From assembly GCA_965248835.1 (NCBI GenBank), contig CBDFLJ010000001.1, positions 1,504,001 through 1,568,000 of the forward strand: a stretch of DNA of 64,000 bases. The letters are read 5' to 3'. The notes beneath the pieces were generated by a model that saw only the letters and a list, made by a program, of their open reading frames with translations, was not told where the DNA came from and did not search any database. Source of the stretch: Alphaproteobacteria bacterium. Lineage in GTDB: Bacteria > Pseudomonadota > Alphaproteobacteria > MPNO01. Of this stretch, positions 43,714-52,874 are shown in pieces; position 1 is the first letter of the stretch, and each line of letters opens with the position of its first letter. A program made the translations under genes and the position numbers.

Positions 43714-45486
43714 CTACGGGTCGGGCGTTGCCTGCGCGGCGGCGAGCGTCGCCTTGGCCGCGCGGATCTCGGCAGAGGCCGCTTCGTCGACCACCAGCGT
43801 CGCTGGGTCGCACACCACGCCATACTCGCGAAGCGCGGCTTCCAGGCTGACATAGCCCTGGCGGACATCGTTGGCGACCGCTTCGATCGGCCGTTCCAGG
43901 GGGGAGCCGAACCCGCCGCCGCCGCCGGATTTGAACGAGAACGCATCGCCCGGCCCCAGGCGTTGGGAGAGCACCTTGGCGTTGCTGTAATCGTCGCGCC
44001 AGGTGCCGTCGCGGCGCAGCGCGACGCTGTTGCCCGCCGCCGGAAGCCCGCCGTCGAGCCCCCAGGGCGCGCAGCGGACGCGGTCGATCTGGGCGTTGAG
44101 CGTCAGTGCCGCCCGTGCCCGCACGATGTTCTCGATCCCCAGCCCACCGCGGTGGCGCCCGGCGCCGCAGGAGTCCGGGCGCAGCGCGTGCGCCTCGAAC
44201 AGGATCGGGAATTTGGCCTCGAGCTGCTCGACCGGGCTGTTGTGGGTATCGCCGTCGTTCATGCAGATCGTGGCGCTGTTGCCGTCCTCGCTGCGCTTGG
44301 CGCCCCAACCGCCGCCGGTCGGCCCGATGAAGGCGATATAGAATTCGGAGGTCTTCGGGTTGATGCCGTTGAAGAAGCCGACGATCAAATCGGCGTGGTG
44401 TCCGGCGATGGTGCGGTCGGGGATCGCCGGTGCCAATGCCTTGAAGACGGTATCGACGATGGTCATCGGGAAGGTCATCCACCAGCGCATCGGCGCGGGC
44501 TTCTGGGCGCTGACGATCCGGCCCATCGGCACGATGGTCTCCAGGTTGCGGAACGAGCCGTCGTTGATCGGGTAGTCGGTCGGCGAGGTCAGGCACTTGA
44601 AGGCCACCTGGGTGCAGGCATAACCGGTGGTCACGCCGGAGTTGTAGAAGCCCTTGACCTGGTTCGATACTTCGGTGAGATCGACGGTCATGCGGTCGCC
44701 CTGGACGATCACCTTGACCCGGATGGGTACCGGCTTGTCGACATCGACACCGTCGTCGTCCATGAAGGACTCGGCCCAGTAGACGCCGTCGGGGATGGAT
44801 TCGGTGCGCGCGCGGGCGGCCGCCTCGGACTGGTCCATGATCGCGGCGATCGCGCCCAGCACCGCCTCGCGGCCATAGCGGCCGATGAGCTCCAGGAACC
44901 GGCGCTCCCCCGATTTGATCGCGGTGAGCTGGGCGCGCAGATCGCCCATCGCGCGCTCCGGCAGGCGGACATTCATGTGCAGGATGTCGAGCAGGTCCTG
45001 GTTGACCACGCCTGCGCGCTGGTACTTGACGATCGGGATCTGCAGGCCTTCGGAATAGATGTCGGTGGTCATCCCGTCCAGGGTGCCGCCGATATCGGGC
45101 CAGTGGGCCATGCAGCAGGCGAACCCGATCAGGGTGCCGTCATCGAAGATCGGCAGGCTGAAGGTGACATGGTTGAGGTGGCTGCCGGTGATGTAGGCGT
45201 CGTTGGTCACCAGGATGTCGCCGGGGTGGATGTCATCGCCGAAATGGCGCAGCTTCGCCTTCACCGTTTCGGCCATGCCGCGGATGAACATCGGCAGGCC
45301 GAGCCCGATCGAGACCGTCTCGCCCTTGGCGGTGAACAGGCCGACGGTGAAGTCCAGCGCCTCGTATATGATCATGTTGTAGGCGGTGCGCATCAGGTTG
45401 GTCTTCATCTCCTCGGTGATGGCGATGACGCCGTTGCGCACCAGCTCGGTGACCACCGGGTCGACGTTCGCGGCAGGAGCGCTCAT
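43714..45486 (-). CDS. Hydantoinase B/oxoprolinase family subunit
   Basis: Start at MSAPAANVDPVVTELVRN, with an ATGA overlap with the A subunit. HWPDIGG and DSCGAGRHRGG. Close paralog of 19334-21115. Confidence 0.92.
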   Translation of the reverse strand: MSAPAANVDPVVTELVRNGVIAITEEMKTNLMRTAYNMIIYEALDFTVGLFTAKGETVSIGLGLPMFIRGMAETVKAKLRHFGDDIHPGDILVTNDAYITGSHLNHVTFSLPIFDDGTLIGFACCMAHWPDIGGTLDGMTTDIYSEGLQIPIVKYQRAGVVNQDLLDILHMNVRLPERAMGDLRAQLTAIKSGERRFLELIGRYGREAVLGAIAAIMDQSEAAARARTESIPDGVYWAESFMDDDGVDVDKPVPIRVKVIVQGDRMTVDLTEVSNQVKGFYNSGVTTGYACTQVAFKCLTSPTDYPINDGSFRNLETIVPMGRIVSAQKPAPMRWWMTFPMTIVDTVFKALAPAIPDRTIAGHHADLIVGFFNGINPKTSEFYIAFIGPTGGGWGAKRSEDGNSATICMNDGDTHNSPVEQLEAKFPILFEAHALRPDSCGAGRHRGGLGIENIVRARAALTLNAQIDRVRCAPWGLDGGLPAAGNSVALRRDGTWRDDYSNAKVLSQRLGPGDAFSFKSGGGGGFGSPLERPIEAVANDVRQGYVSLEAALREYGVVCDPATLVVDEAASAEIRAAKATLAAAQATPDP

Positions 45487-47561
45487 GAGCTTCGCGCCCC
45501 GACCTTGATACGCAGATTGCCGTGCGCATCGACGCGCATCAGGTCGCCGGGCAGGAGCAGCGTGGTCGAGGCCTGCTCCTCGATGACCGCCGGGCCCTCC
45601 AGCCGGATGTCGGGGCCGAGCGCGGCACGGGCATGGACCGGGGTGTCGACGAACCCGCCGGCCTCGGAGAAATAGACCCGCCGCTGCCCGACGGGCAGAT
45701 CGAGCGGCTCGGCGGCGCGGGCCCGCGGCGGTTTGGAAAGGATCCCGGCCACGGTCGCGCGCAGGCTGACCAGTTCGGCCGGCTCCTCGGGCGCCGAGGT
45801 GCCGTAGCGCAGCGCATGGACCTGGTCGAACCGCGTCTTGATCGCCGACCGGTCGCCGGCGGCGAAGACCTCGGCCGGGAGATCGACCGTCACCGCATGC
45901 TCCTGGCCGACATAGCGCATGTCGGCCGACCGTCCGGCGAGGATCTCCTCGATCGCCGTGCCGGTGGCCGAGACCGCCGCGCGGCCCTGCCGCTCCATCT
46001 CGGCATAGAGCCGCTCGATCTCTTCGAACGGCGCCTCGGCGAGTCGGGCAAACCAGGTGCGGACGTAGTCGTAGCGGAGATCGGCGTGCATCATGCCGAC
46101 CGCGGAGAAGTGGCCCGGCGCCGGGGGCACGACGATCTCGCCCATGCCGAGCTCGCGCGCCACGGCGCTGGCATGCAGCGGGCCGGCGCCGCCGAAGGCG
46201 ACCAGGGCGAAATCGCCCACATCGAGCCCGCGCTCGGTGGACACGCCCTTGACCGCGAACGACATCGCGGTGGCGGCGATCTGCAGCACGCCGGCGGCGG
46301 CGGCCACGACGTCCATGCCGAGCGGTTCGGCGACCGCATCGCGCATCGCACGTTCGGCGGCGGCCGGATCGAGCGTCATGTCGCCGCCGAGGAACTTGTC
46401 GGGCGCGATGCGGCCGAGGATCAGATTGGCATCGGTTACCGTCGGCGCCGTACCGCCGAGCGCATAGCACGCCGGTCCCGGGCTCGCGCCGGCGCTGTCC
46501 GGGCCGACCCGCAGCGCGCCCTGCGGTCCGACGCGGGCGATCGAGCCGCCGCCGGTGCCGACCTCGAAGATGTCCATCATCGCGATCTGGACCGGCAGGC
46601 CCTGCTCGTAGCCGCCGATCATCGCGGAGCCCGTCGTCAGCGCTTCGCCGCCGCAGATCACCCCGGATTTGGCAGTCGTGCCGCCCATGTCGAAGGTGAT
46701 CGCGTTGTCCAGCCCGATCGCGCGGGCGAGCGCCCGGCCGGCGATCACGCCCGCCGCCGGGCCGGACTCCAGCATGTGCACGCAATCCTCGCGCGCCTGG
46801 GCGACGTCGTAGAGCCCGCCGGTCGATTGGACCACCAGAAATGCGCCGGGAAAGGACTCGGCCTCCAAGTGATCGCCGATCTCGCCCAGATAGGCGCGGA
46901 CCTGTGGTCCGATATAGGCGTTTGCCGCGACCGTCGAGCAGCGCTCGAACTCGCGGTATTCCTGGGACAGCTCGCAGGAGGCGGTGATGAACACCCCCGG
47001 CAGGCGGTCCTCGAAGATCGCCTTGACCCGCTTCTCGTGGTCGGGGTTGCGGTAGCTGTGGAGCAGCAGGATCGCCACCGCCTCGATGTCGAGCGCTGCC
47101 AGGCGGTCGGCCAGCGCATGGACCTCGTCCTCGTCCAGCGGGGTCAGCACCTCGCCTTCGGCAAGCATCCTCTCGGCGAGCTCGAAGCACATCGCGCGCT
47201 CGATCAACGGGACGTGCTTCTTGAAGAACAGGTTGTAAGAATCGGGCCGGTTGACCCGGCCGATCTCGTAGATGTCGCGAAAGCCCTCGGTGATTACCAG
47301 CGCCGCACGCGCGCCGGTGCGCTCGAGCATGGTGTTGATGGCGATCGTCGAGCCGTGCAGGAACAGGGCGGCGTCGCGGAACCTGATGCCGGCGCGCGCG
47401 ACGCCGGCGGCGATGCCCTCGACCAGATGGGACGGCGTCGACAGCGCCTTGCCGAGGCTGAGCGTGCCGCCTTCGGGGTCAAACGCCACGATGTCGGTGA
47501 ACGTACCTCCGATATCGGCGGCGAGCCGAAGCCCGCCGCCGAGCGATTGTGGTTCCGCCAT
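45483..47561 (-). CDS. Hydantoinase A/oxoprolinase family subunit
   Basis: DIGGTFTD, HGST, ESGPAAG, DMGGTT, SAGASPGP and MRYVGQ. Confidence 0.92.
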   Translation of the reverse strand: MAEPQSLGGGLRLAADIGGTFTDIVAFDPEGGTLSLGKALSTPSHLVEGIAAGVARAGIRFRDAALFLHGSTIAINTMLERTGARAALVITEGFRDIYEIGRVNRPDSYNLFFKKHVPLIERAMCFELAERMLAEGEVLTPLDEDEVHALADRLAALDIEAVAILLLHSYRNPDHEKRVKAIFEDRLPGVFITASCELSQEYREFERCSTVAANAYIGPQVRAYLGEIGDHLEAESFPGAFLVVQSTGGLYDVAQAREDCVHMLESGPAAGVIAGRALARAIGLDNAITFDMGGTTAKSGVICGGEALTTGSAMIGGYEQGLPVQIAMMDIFEVGTGGGSIARVGPQGALRVGPDSAGASPGPACYALGGTAPTVTDANLILGRIAPDKFLGGDMTLDPAAAERAMRDAVAEPLGMDVVAAAAGVLQIAATAMSFAVKGVSTERGLDVGDFALVAFGGAGPLHASAVARELGMGEIVVPPAPGHFSAVGMMHADLRYDYVRTWFARLAEAPFEEIERLYAEMERQGRAAVSATGTAIEEILAGRSADMRYVGQEHAVTVDLPAEVFAAGDRSAIKTRFDQVHALRYGTSAPEEPAELVSLRATVAGILSKPPRARAAEPLDLPVGQRRVYFSEAGGFVDTPVHARAALGPDIRLEGPAVIEEQASTTLLLPGDLMRVDAHGNLRIKVGARSS

Positions 47562-47621
47562 GAATCAGTCCGAAAGCGTCGTTTGCTGCCGCCGGGAATA
47601 TCAAAGCGGCCTCGGGTCGAG

Positions 47622-48545
47622 TCAACCGCGCGCGGGGCTCGATCCCGGTTCCGAACGGATTGAGCCGGCCAGCATCCGGATGATGCCGGAAAAATCGCTC
47701 GTGCCCTGGCCGGACTCGCAATAGCGCTCGTAGAGCGTGGCCGCATGGGTGCCGAGCGGGGTGGCCGCACCGGTGCTCTTGGCCGCATCGCGGGCGAGGG
47801 TCAGGTCCTTCAGCATCATCCGGGCGGTAAAGCCCGCTGCGTAGCCGCGGTTGGCGGGCGAGGACGGCACCGGCCCCGCCACCGGGCAGTAGGAGGTGAG
47901 CGACCAGCACTGGCCCGAGGCGGTCGAGACGATATCGAACAGGGTCTGCGGGTCGAGTCCGGTGCGCTCGGCAAGCGTGAACGCTTCCGAGACCGCGATC
48001 ATGGACACGCCCAGGATCATGTTGTTGCACATCTTCGCGGCCTGGCCGTTGCCCGGCCCGCCGGCATGGATGATGTTGCGGCCCATAGCCGCCATCGGTG
48101 TCCGGGCCTCCAGGAAGGCCGGCTCCGCGCCGCCCACCATGAAGGTGAGCGTGCCGGCTTCGGCGCCGCCGACGCCGCCCGAGACCGGTGCATCGAGGTG
48201 GGCAAGCCCCCTGTCGGCGGCCGCCCGGTGGACATCGCGCGCGGCCTGCAGGTCGATGGTCGAGCAATCGACGAGCAGCGTCTCCGGCCGGGCGCACTCG
48301 ATCAGCCCGCCCGGCGCGGTATAGACCGCGCGCACGTCATCGCCGGCCGGCAGCATCGTGAACACCGCCTCGGCACCGTCGAGCGCGGCGGCGAGGTCGT
48401 CGACGATCGCGATACCGTCGGCCTTCGCGGCCTCCCGCGCCGCCGCCGCGATGTCGAAGCCCCGCACCGCATGGCCGGCGCCGGCCAGATTGCGCGCCAT
48501 GGGCCGGCCCATGTTGCCGAGCCCGATGAAGCCGATCTCGGCCAT
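47622..48545 (-). CDS. mmsB: 3-hydroxyisobutyrate dehydrogenase
   Basis: FIGLGNMG, DAPVSGG, FMVGG, AKMCNN, WSLTSYCPV and MLKDL. Confidence 0.93.
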   Translation of the reverse strand: MAEIGFIGLGNMGRPMARNLAGAGHAVRGFDIAAAAREAAKADGIAIVDDLAAALDGAEAVFTMLPAGDDVRAVYTAPGGLIECARPETLLVDCSTIDLQAARDVHRAAADRGLAHLDAPVSGGVGGAEAGTLTFMVGGAEPAFLEARTPMAAMGRNIIHAGGPGNGQAAKMCNNMILGVSMIAVSEAFTLAERTGLDPQTLFDIVSTASGQCWSLTSYCPVAGPVPSSPANRGYAAGFTARMMLKDLTLARDAAKSTGAATPLGTHAATLYERYCESGQGTSDFSGIIRMLAGSIRSEPGSSPARG

Positions 48546-48558
48546 GGTCCTCTCCTTG

Positions 48559-49608
48559 TCAGTCGAACGCCAACTCGCGCTCCCGCGGGGCGAAATAGGC
48601 CGCCACGGTTTCTTCGCACACGTCTTCCAGCCGCGCCGGGTCCCAGCGCGGCTTGCGGTCCTTGTCGATCACCGTGGCCCGGATGCCCTCGAAGAAGTCG
48701 TGACCGTCCAGGAAAGCGACGGCCATGCGGTACTCCCGCCGCATGATCTCCTCCCAGCCGAGCCCGTCGCCCTCGCGGAGCTGGCGGTGGGTGACCAGCA
48801 AGCTGGTCGGCGACTTGGTGCGCAACTCATCGGCGGCCTCGATCGCGAAATAGCCGTCCTCTTGCTCCAGAGCCTCGATGATCGCCGCCACGCCGGGCGC
48901 GCCGAAGCAGGCATCGATCACCCGTGCGTGCTGGCGGATCTGCACCGGTCCGGGCGATTCCGCGACCTCGGCGATCAGCGCATCGATCGCGGCCGCGCCA
49001 TCGCCCAGATCGGCGGCAGCGAGCCTTTCCTCGAGGTCCGCCAGCTTCTCGGACGGGATGTAATGGGTGCCGATCCCGGCATGGATCGCGTCGGCGGCCT
49101 TCAGCCGCGCGCCGGTGAGCGCGAGATACATGCCGAGCGCGCCCGGGCAGCGGGGCAGGAATTCGGTCGCGCCGACATCCGGAAACAGGCCGATCCCGGT
49201 CTCGGGCATCGCGAACAGCGTGCGCTCGGTCATGATCCGGTGCGAGCCGTGGACCGAGATCCCGACGCCGCCGCCCATCACGATCCCGTCGATGAGCGCG
49301 ACATAGGGCTTGGGGAAGCAATGGACGGCGTGATCGAGCCGGTATTCGTGCCAAAAGAACGCGCTGACACCCGGATCGCCCGCCTGCCTGGCGGCGTAGA
49401 GCGCGCGGATGTCCCCGCCGGCGCAGAACGCGCGCTCGCCCGCGCCGGTGACCACGACCGCCTTGACGGCATCGTCGGCCGCCCAGTCGAGCAGCGCCTG
49501 GCGGAAGGTCACGCACATCTGTTTGCTCAACGCGTTGAACGTGTCCGGCGAATTGAGGTGAACCCGGCCGATGCCGCCGACTCGACGAAGCTGAACCGAT
49601 TCGTCCAT
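48559..49608 (-). CDS. 3-hydroxyisobutyryl-CoA hydrolase (crotonase family)
   Basis: AFCAGGDI, GIVMGGGVG, AMPETGIGLFPDVG and DFFEGIRA..IDKD. Confidence 0.9.
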   Translation of the reverse strand: MDESVQLRRVGGIGRVHLNSPDTFNALSKQMCVTFRQALLDWAADDAVKAVVVTGAGERAFCAGGDIRALYAARQAGDPGVSAFFWHEYRLDHAVHCFPKPYVALIDGIVMGGGVGISVHGSHRIMTERTLFAMPETGIGLFPDVGATEFLPRCPGALGMYLALTGARLKAADAIHAGIGTHYIPSEKLADLEERLAAADLGDGAAAIDALIAEVAESPGPVQIRQHARVIDACFGAPGVAAIIEALEQEDGYFAIEAADELRTKSPTSLLVTHRQLREGDGLGWEEIMRREYRMAVAFLDGHDFFEGIRATVIDKDRKPRWDPARLEDVCEETVAAYFAPRERELAFD

Positions 49609-49611
49609 CGC

Positions 49612-50757
49612 TCAGGTCTCGGCCAGCAGGCGCCGGGCGATGATCACACGCATGATCTCGTTGGTCCCTTCCAGGATCTGATGGACCCTGAGGTCGCGAA
49701 AATAGCGCTCGATCCCGAACGCGCGTAGATAGCCGTAGCCACCGTGGAGCTGCAGCGCCTCGTTGCACACCTCGAATCCGGCATCGGTGGCGAGCCGTTT
49801 GGCCATCGCGCAGTGGAGCGTGGCATCGGGCGTGCCGGCGTCCAGTGCCGCGGCGGCGCGGAAGACCATCAGCCGCGCGGCGTCGAGCGCGGTTGCCATG
49901 TCGGCGAGCTTGAACTGGATGGCCTGGAAGTCGGCGATCGCGCGGCCGAACTGGCGGCGGGCGCCGACATAGACACGCGCGGCCTCGAAGCACGCCCGTG
50001 CGCCGCCGATCGAGCATGCGCCGATATTGATCCGCCCGCCGTCGAGCCCGGCCATCGCAATGCGAAACCCCTGCCCCTCGGCGCCGATCAGGTTGGCGGC
50101 CGGCACCCGGCAGTCGTCGAAATGGACCATCGCCGTCGGCTGCGAATGCCAGCCGAGCTTCTTCTCCTGCGCGCCGAACGAAATCCCGGCGGCCTCCCGT
50201 TCGATGGCAAGGCACGATATTCCGCCCGCACCCGCGCCGCCGGTGCGCACCATGGTGAGGTAGACGTCCGCGGCGCCGGCGCCGGAGATGAACGCCTTCG
50301 CGCCGTTGACCACGTAATCCTCACCGTCGCGCTCGGCCCGGGTGACGAGCGCGGCCGCGTCCGAGCCCGCCTCCGGCTCGGTTAGGCAATAGCTGGCGAA
50401 CCAATCCATGGTGTTCAGCTTCGGCAGGAAGCGCCGGCGTTGATCGTCGGTCCCGAAGGCATCGATCATCCAGGCGGCCATGTTGTGGATCGAGATATAG
50501 GCCGCCGTGGAGGTGCAGCCGGCGGCGAGCTCCTCGAGCACGATCGCCGCATCGAGCCGGCTGAGCGCCGCGCCGCCGACATCCTCGCGCACGTAAAGCC
50601 CCGCGAAGCCGAGCGCCGCCGCCGCCCGGAGCGCCGCGACCGGGAAGACCGAGTCCTCGTCCCAGACCGCCGCATCGGGTGCAAGCTCGCCCGCGGCGAA
50701 CGCCTGCGCGGCGTCGCGAAACGCCAGTTGCTCTTCGGACAGCGCGAAATCCATCAT
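49612..50757 (-). CDS. Isobutyryl-CoA dehydrogenase (ACAD8-like)
   Basis: AYISIHNM, SYCLTEP..GSD, KAFISG, GLDGGRINI and RVHQILEGTNEIM. Co-transcribed with mmsB. Confidence 0.9.
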   Translation of the reverse strand: MMDFALSEEQLAFRDAAQAFAAGELAPDAAVWDEDSVFPVAALRAAAALGFAGLYVREDVGGAALSRLDAAIVLEELAAGCTSTAAYISIHNMAAWMIDAFGTDDQRRRFLPKLNTMDWFASYCLTEPEAGSDAAALVTRAERDGEDYVVNGAKAFISGAGAADVYLTMVRTGGAGAGGISCLAIEREAAGISFGAQEKKLGWHSQPTAMVHFDDCRVPAANLIGAEGQGFRIAMAGLDGGRINIGACSIGGARACFEAARVYVGARRQFGRAIADFQAIQFKLADMATALDAARLMVFRAAAALDAGTPDATLHCAMAKRLATDAGFEVCNEALQLHGGYGYLRAFGIERYFRDLRVHQILEGTNEIMRVIIARRLLAET

Positions 50758-51004
50758 CGCTCCTTGCCGGCGACCCTAGCGGCCGCTCTCTCCGCGCTCA
50801 ACCGGCCGCGCTATTCCCGTCGGGTCGATTTCCGTGGCGATCGGTCGGCAAGGCAAAGCCGATCTGACGACTGCTCAGAGATGGCCGGTTGACCGGCGCT
50901 CGGGCGCGCCGGTATCGTTTTCGATGGACGTCGCCGGGATTCGGCGTGCTTGCGGTCGTCTCGGCGATTGACCGATCGGACGAAAGACTTGGGGAGAGGA
51001 CACG

Positions 51005-51379
51005 ATGAAAAGAGGTGTTTGGGCGATCGCCGGGCTGGTCCTGCTCGCCTGTTCGTCATGGGCATCCGCGCAAGACTTTCTCTCGAAATCCGAGATCAAA
51101 AATCTCTATTCCGGACTGACGATCGATGGGACCAGTCGACGCGGTGGCGCGATGACACATTATTTCCGCGGTGACGGCAGCCTTTTGATTGACATCGCCC
51201 GACGGGGTGGTCACCTCATGTTAGAGACGAAATGGCGGGTCACTGACGACGCTGCGGTCTGCTGGGAGAGCTTCGGCGACCGGCAGTTTTGCAACAAGGT
51301 GAAGAAAGCGGGCGAGGGATACGAATTCTACGGTCGGGGAGGCCAGAAAATCCCTGGATTCTGGAAACCTCGGCTGTAA
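51005..51379 (+). CDS. Small secreted hypothetical protein (possibly DUF995-like)
   Basis: GAGGA RBS, signal peptide ending ASA-Q and two Cys in the mature part. Visibly more AT-rich than its flanks. Confidence 0.7.
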   Translation: MKRGVWAIAGLVLLACSSWASAQDFLSKSEIKNLYSGLTIDGTSRRGGAMTHYFRGDGSLLIDIARRGGHLMLETKWRVTDDAAVCWESFGDRQFCNKVKKAGEGYEFYGRGGQKIPGFWKPRL

Positions 51380-51535
51380 CCGCCATTCGCGCTTCCCGAG
51401 ATCCGACCCGCGGCACGTCCTGAGCGCTCCTTCCAACCGATCCCCGCATCTTGGCAAGGACGGGCGCCCGCGAGTCGCCAGCAGATCTCTTGTGCTATAC
51501 AGGCGCTCGTGCGTGACGGAAGGAGACCTGTCTAG

Positions 51536-52396
51536 ATGCGATATGAGGCCCCGGAGACGCTGGAGGCCGCGACCGCGCTGCTCGCCGGCGCGGACGGCGA
51601 GGCGCGGGTGCTGGCCGGCGGCACGGACCTGTTGATCCAGATGCGCGGCGATTTGGTCGAGCCCGACCTGGTGGTCGACGTCAAGAACATCGCCGAGCTG
51701 CGCACCCTGGCCGACGACGGCGGGCGCTACCGGCTGGGTGCCGCCGTCACCGGTATGGAGGTGATGGAGCACGCGGGCTTCAACGCCGCCTGGCCGGGCG
51801 TGGTCGACGGGGTGAAGTTGATCGGCTCGATCCAGGTGCGGGGCCGCGCGACGGTGGGCGGCAATCTGTGCAACGCCTCGCCCGCGGCGGACAGCGTGCC
51901 GGCGCTGATCGCCGCCGGCGCGGTGGCCGCGATCGCCGGGCCCGACGGGCGCCGCGAGATGCCGGTCGAGGACGTCGCGACAGGGCCGGGCCTGACCTCG
52001 CTCGCCAAGGGCGAGATCGTGGTTTCTTTCCTGTTCCCCGAACGCCCGCCGCGCTCGGGCGACTGCTATTTGCGCTTCACGCCGAGGACCGAGATGGACA
52101 TCGCCGTGGTGGGGGTCGGGGTGTGCCTGACGCTCGCTCCCGACGGGACCTGCACGGCTGCCAGGGTGTCGCTCGGGGCGGTCGCCGAACGCGCGCTGCT
52201 GGTCGAAGAGGCCGCCGCGGCGCTGATCGGCAGCAGGCTCGAGGATGGCGCGCTCGCCCGCCTGGCGGACGCGGCCAGCGCCGCCTGCCGGCCGATCGAC
52301 GACAAGCGGGGGACGATCGAATTCAGGACACAGGTCGCGGGCGTGCTGGCCGAGCGGGCCGCGCGGATCGCAGCAGAACGGGCGGGACGGAACTGA
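51536..52396 (+). CDS. Molybdenum hydroxylase FAD-binding (M) subunit
   Basis: AGGTDL, ATVGGNLCNASPAAD and PIDDKRG. AAGGAG RBS. Confidence 0.92.
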   Translation: MRYEAPETLEAATALLAGADGEARVLAGGTDLLIQMRGDLVEPDLVVDVKNIAELRTLADDGGRYRLGAAVTGMEVMEHAGFNAAWPGVVDGVKLIGSIQVRGRATVGGNLCNASPAADSVPALIAAGAVAAIAGPDGRREMPVEDVATGPGLTSLAKGEIVVSFLFPERPPRSGDCYLRFTPRTEMDIAVVGVGVCLTLAPDGTCTAARVSLGAVAERALLVEEAAAALIGSRLEDGALARLADAASAACRPIDDKRGTIEFRTQVAGVLAERAARIAAERAGRN

Positions 52397-52872
52397 TGGC
52401 GCGTTATCACATCAACACCACCATCAACGGCGATGCGGTCGATTTCCTGTGCGAGGGCGACCAGACGCTGCTGTCGGTGCTGCGCGACGAGCTGCAGATG
52501 ACCGGCACCAAGGAAGGCTGCGGCACCGGCGATTGCGGGGCGTGCTCGGTGACCGTCGACGGACGGCTGCTGTGCTCCTGCCTGATGCTGGGCGTCGAGA
52601 TCGAGGGCAGGTCGGTGGCGACCATCGAGGGCATGGCCGAGGGCGAGCGCCTGCACCCGCTGCAGCAAAAGTTCCTCGAGCACGCGGCGCTGCAATGCGG
52701 GATCTGCACGCCGGGGATCCTGGTCGCCGCACGCGCGCTGCTCGAGACCAACCCCGATCCGAGCGAAACCGAAATCCGTTACGGGCTCGCCGGCAACCTG
52801 TGCCGTTGCACCGGCTATCACAAGATCGTCGAGGCGGTCCAGGACGCGGCCGCCGAAATGAGAGGACGCTGA
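52396..52872 (+). CDS. Molybdenum hydroxylase 2x[2Fe-2S] (S) subunit
   Basis: GCGTGDCGAC, QCGICTPG and NLCRCTGY. TGATG overlap with M. Confidence 0.93.
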   Translation: MARYHINTTINGDAVDFLCEGDQTLLSVLRDELQMTGTKEGCGTGDCGACSVTVDGRLLCSCLMLGVEIEGRSVATIEGMAEGERLHPLQQKFLEHAALQCGICTPGILVAARALLETNPDPSETEIRYGLAGNLCRCTGYHKIVEAVQDAAAEMRGR

Positions 52873-52874
52873 TC

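Noticed and set aside
19529-45315. 46-bp inverted match as ends of a mobile or invertible element
   Set aside because: It lies inside a conserved coding segment of two paralogs, with no recombinase or target-site duplication.
43714-47190. Apparent 1158-aa hydantoinase ORF (similarly 52245-55175, 26119-28602, 23107-24720 and 11500-13668)
   Set aside because: The N-terminal parts are off-frame readings of the upstream gene. The real genes start at internal ATGs next to or overlapping the upstream stop, so there is no fusion or frameshift.
47622-50757. Valine catabolism operon lacking mmsA
   Set aside because: An ordinary cluster. mmsA is frequently encoded elsewhere.
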